NCBI GenBank assembly: GCA_002633005.1 | Contig: NMRA01000112.1 | Location: 279,924-317,315 of the forward strand | Length of the DNA: 37,392 nucleotides | Direction: 5' to 3' | Origin: Phoronis australis | Taxonomy: Eukaryota; Animalia; Phoronida | Shown: positions 35,649-37,392 of the stretch, piece by piece | How positions within the stretch are numbered: position 1 is the stretch's first letter | Layout of the letters: each line of letters starts with the position of its first letter | Program-made: the position numbers and the translations under genes | Notes under the pieces: generated by a model | Told to the model about the DNA's origin: nothing | The model's input: the letters and a program-made list of their open reading frames with translations, nothing else | Databases searched by the model: none

Positions 35649-36095
35649 TCATTGACAGAAAGCAAGTTTACTCAATCTTATGTCTTCAATTGAAAAACAC
35701 GATGTCGCTGTATTTTTCTCCATTTGACTTACCACTGGTCGATCCTCGTTATCTTTTTCGCTTACTAAATACATGGGTCCCAACATCCCTGCAAACACAA
35801 TCGACATAGCAACCGCTCCTTTTATCGCCATTATGCTGCGCACCCGCCACGTTGGTGACCTTATAGGAAGTGCCGTATCACCTGAGATGTTTTGCAGTCT
35901 CCTGGTTTTACATCGAGAACATAAACATGGCCGTACTAAAGTTCCTCTGATTGCCTGGCACTCTAAACCCGGTGGAGGTTCGGTGGCACTGTATTCGTGG
36001 ATCTGTTTGTTACAGTGTTCTGACAAAAGGATCTGCCGCCTAGGTCGAAGGATGTTACCTAGAGTCAATCTTCTTAGGCAAGAGTGAAATGCCAT
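35649..36095 (-). CDS. Candidate 148-aa single-TM protein with mitochondrial-presequence-like N-terminus (weakly COX8-like)
   Basis: Acceptor tactttttcag at 36103 lies 7 nt before a good-context aatATGG. An upstream donor ACG|gtaagt at 36396 defines a 294-nt 5'UTR intron, and AATAAA lies downstream. The start is Arg-rich and acid-poor, and there is one hydrophobic segment GAVAMSIVFAGMLGPMYLV. Confidence 0.55.
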   Translation of the reverse strand: MAFHSCLRRLTLGNILRPRRQILLSEHCNKQIHEYSATEPPPGLECQAIRGTLVRPCLCSRCKTRRLQNISGDTALPIRSPTWRVRSIMAIKGAVAMSIVFAGMLGPMYLVSEKDNEDRPVVSQMEKNTATSCFSIEDIRLSKLAFCQ

Positions 36096-36659
36096 ATTAG
36101 TTCTGAAAAAGTACGCTAGGGGCATTACTGATTACACTTGGAGTTCCCTCAGTGAAAGAACAACGCCTTCACTAGAATTAGTCACATTCATGAAAAATAA
36201 GAACATAAGAACTGCTTGTCCTAAATCATGTGGGAATGTCAATTGCCATGTACATAGTTAAAAAAATAAATGTGAAAAAAAATTTACGTAAAAGTCGGGT
36301 GCCACCCTAGACGCGGAATGAGCTGCAAGGACTTTCGGCTTGTTCTTAGTAATCTTTTCTGAAAATTCGAATTGCATTCTAAAAATTCCAACTTACCGTA
36401 GAGTGCATTCCAGTGGCCACTGCTATTGTGGCAAGTTCGAAGGGCTATGCACAAAATGTTCGGACGCATAAAAATTCCAAAAGGTGGAACGGCGTTTGAA
36501 GTGTATTAACCTGACAGAATTTCAAACATGTTAACGGAATTCCAACAGCATTCGGAATTATTGAAATCTAGTTGGAAAAATCAAAAATGGCGAGCCACAA
36601 ATTCTGTCAGGATGTGCTTCGATTTGAACCGGAATGCACCACGTGTACATTTCCATGTT

Positions 36660-36742
36660 ATGAAATTGGACGCTTATTTAGCAGTCGTCTTAACTTTTCC
36701 ATTGCTGTTTCTATTCATTTTGAATGCCGTCGACGGTACGGA
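36660..36742 (+). CDS. Candidate first coding exon encoding a signal peptide (MKLDAYLAVVLTFPLLFLFILNAVDG-T)
   Basis: A hydrophobic core with a V-D-G cleavage-like site ends directly at a consensus donor GA|gtgagt (36743). A YY1-like AAAATGGCG lies at 36584-36592. Downstream exons were not identified. Confidence 0.4.
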
Positions 36743-37392
36743 GTGAGTCAGGACTCTTTATGACAGAATATCGTGAACCTGCCGTTGGAACTAAGTTCAC
36801 ACTGATCAACTCCTGGTTTGTCATAATTGTCAAATAAAAAATCTCGCCAACTTTTTTATTCCCTTTCAAAAGTGACACAAATCCCATTCCGGCTGGTCCC
36901 GGCTTCTGGACGGCAAACTCCGAATATTGAGTGTGACGAGGAGTAAACTGACATTTTATTTCGTAATGTTTTTGACAGTAGGAGCGAATTTACCCACTAT
37001 GCACAAGTGTCACTCGACTTTGGTCGAGTTGCGATTATTTGATGAGAATGGTTTTTAGCCACAAATGTTGAAAAAATCATGAACTGCTTTAGTCGCAAAC
37101 CGTACCCTGGACTATTTGGTATTCGTTGTCCTACAAACTTGTTCCTATTGAAAGAACTTAATAAAGCATGTTATATAGTCCGATTACCTCTCGTCGTCAG
37201 TCTCCAAAGGTCGTCCGCCATCTTGTTTCGCGTGCAGCGCTGCCACGCGGGACTTAGCGTTCCAATTTGGAACGCTCGTCTGCACGTTAGGTACTAACCT
37301 CTCGGGAGAAACACGCGTGGAAGAACTGAGACTAAAATTAATGCATTTACCGACTGTTTTTTTGAGACCACTTAAAAACTTGTTGATTTTAC

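Overview
This is eukaryotic (animal) genomic DNA, AT-rich, with spliceosomal GT-AG introns and many non-autonomous DNA transposons. The repeat styles suggest a marine invertebrate such as an echinoderm (inference only). There is no prokaryotic operon, CRISPR array, rRNA or intact transposase. I reconstructed the genes by hand from splice sites and reading phases. (1) The first two coding exons of a PDZD11 orthologue lie on the minus strand (2760-2677, 1196-1110) and continue off the left edge; the ORF track misses them. (2) A plus-strand multi-exon gene (10645-12301, 16638-18614, 24325-24557, optional 25952-25987, 27393-28022) encodes a ~1,500-aa Ser/Thr-rich, probably disordered protein that I do not recognise. 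(3) A candidate minus-strand gene (36095-35649, 148 aa) has a mitochondrial-presequence-like N-terminus and one TM segment loosely resembling COX8. (4) A candidate signal-peptide first exon (36660-36742, +) is divergent from gene 3. Notable non-coding items are a Penelope-type minimal hammerhead-ribozyme-like motif inside an inverted repeat upstream of PDZD11, two hAT-like families with 5-bp TSDs (one carrying a tRNA-like Pol III cassette), an IS3EU-like MITE with a 6-bp TSD and a palindromic internal array, and Kolobok-like TTAA elements. I cannot demonstrate a new biological system. The best leads are the COX8-like gene, the orphan large protein and the ribozyme-like hairpin.
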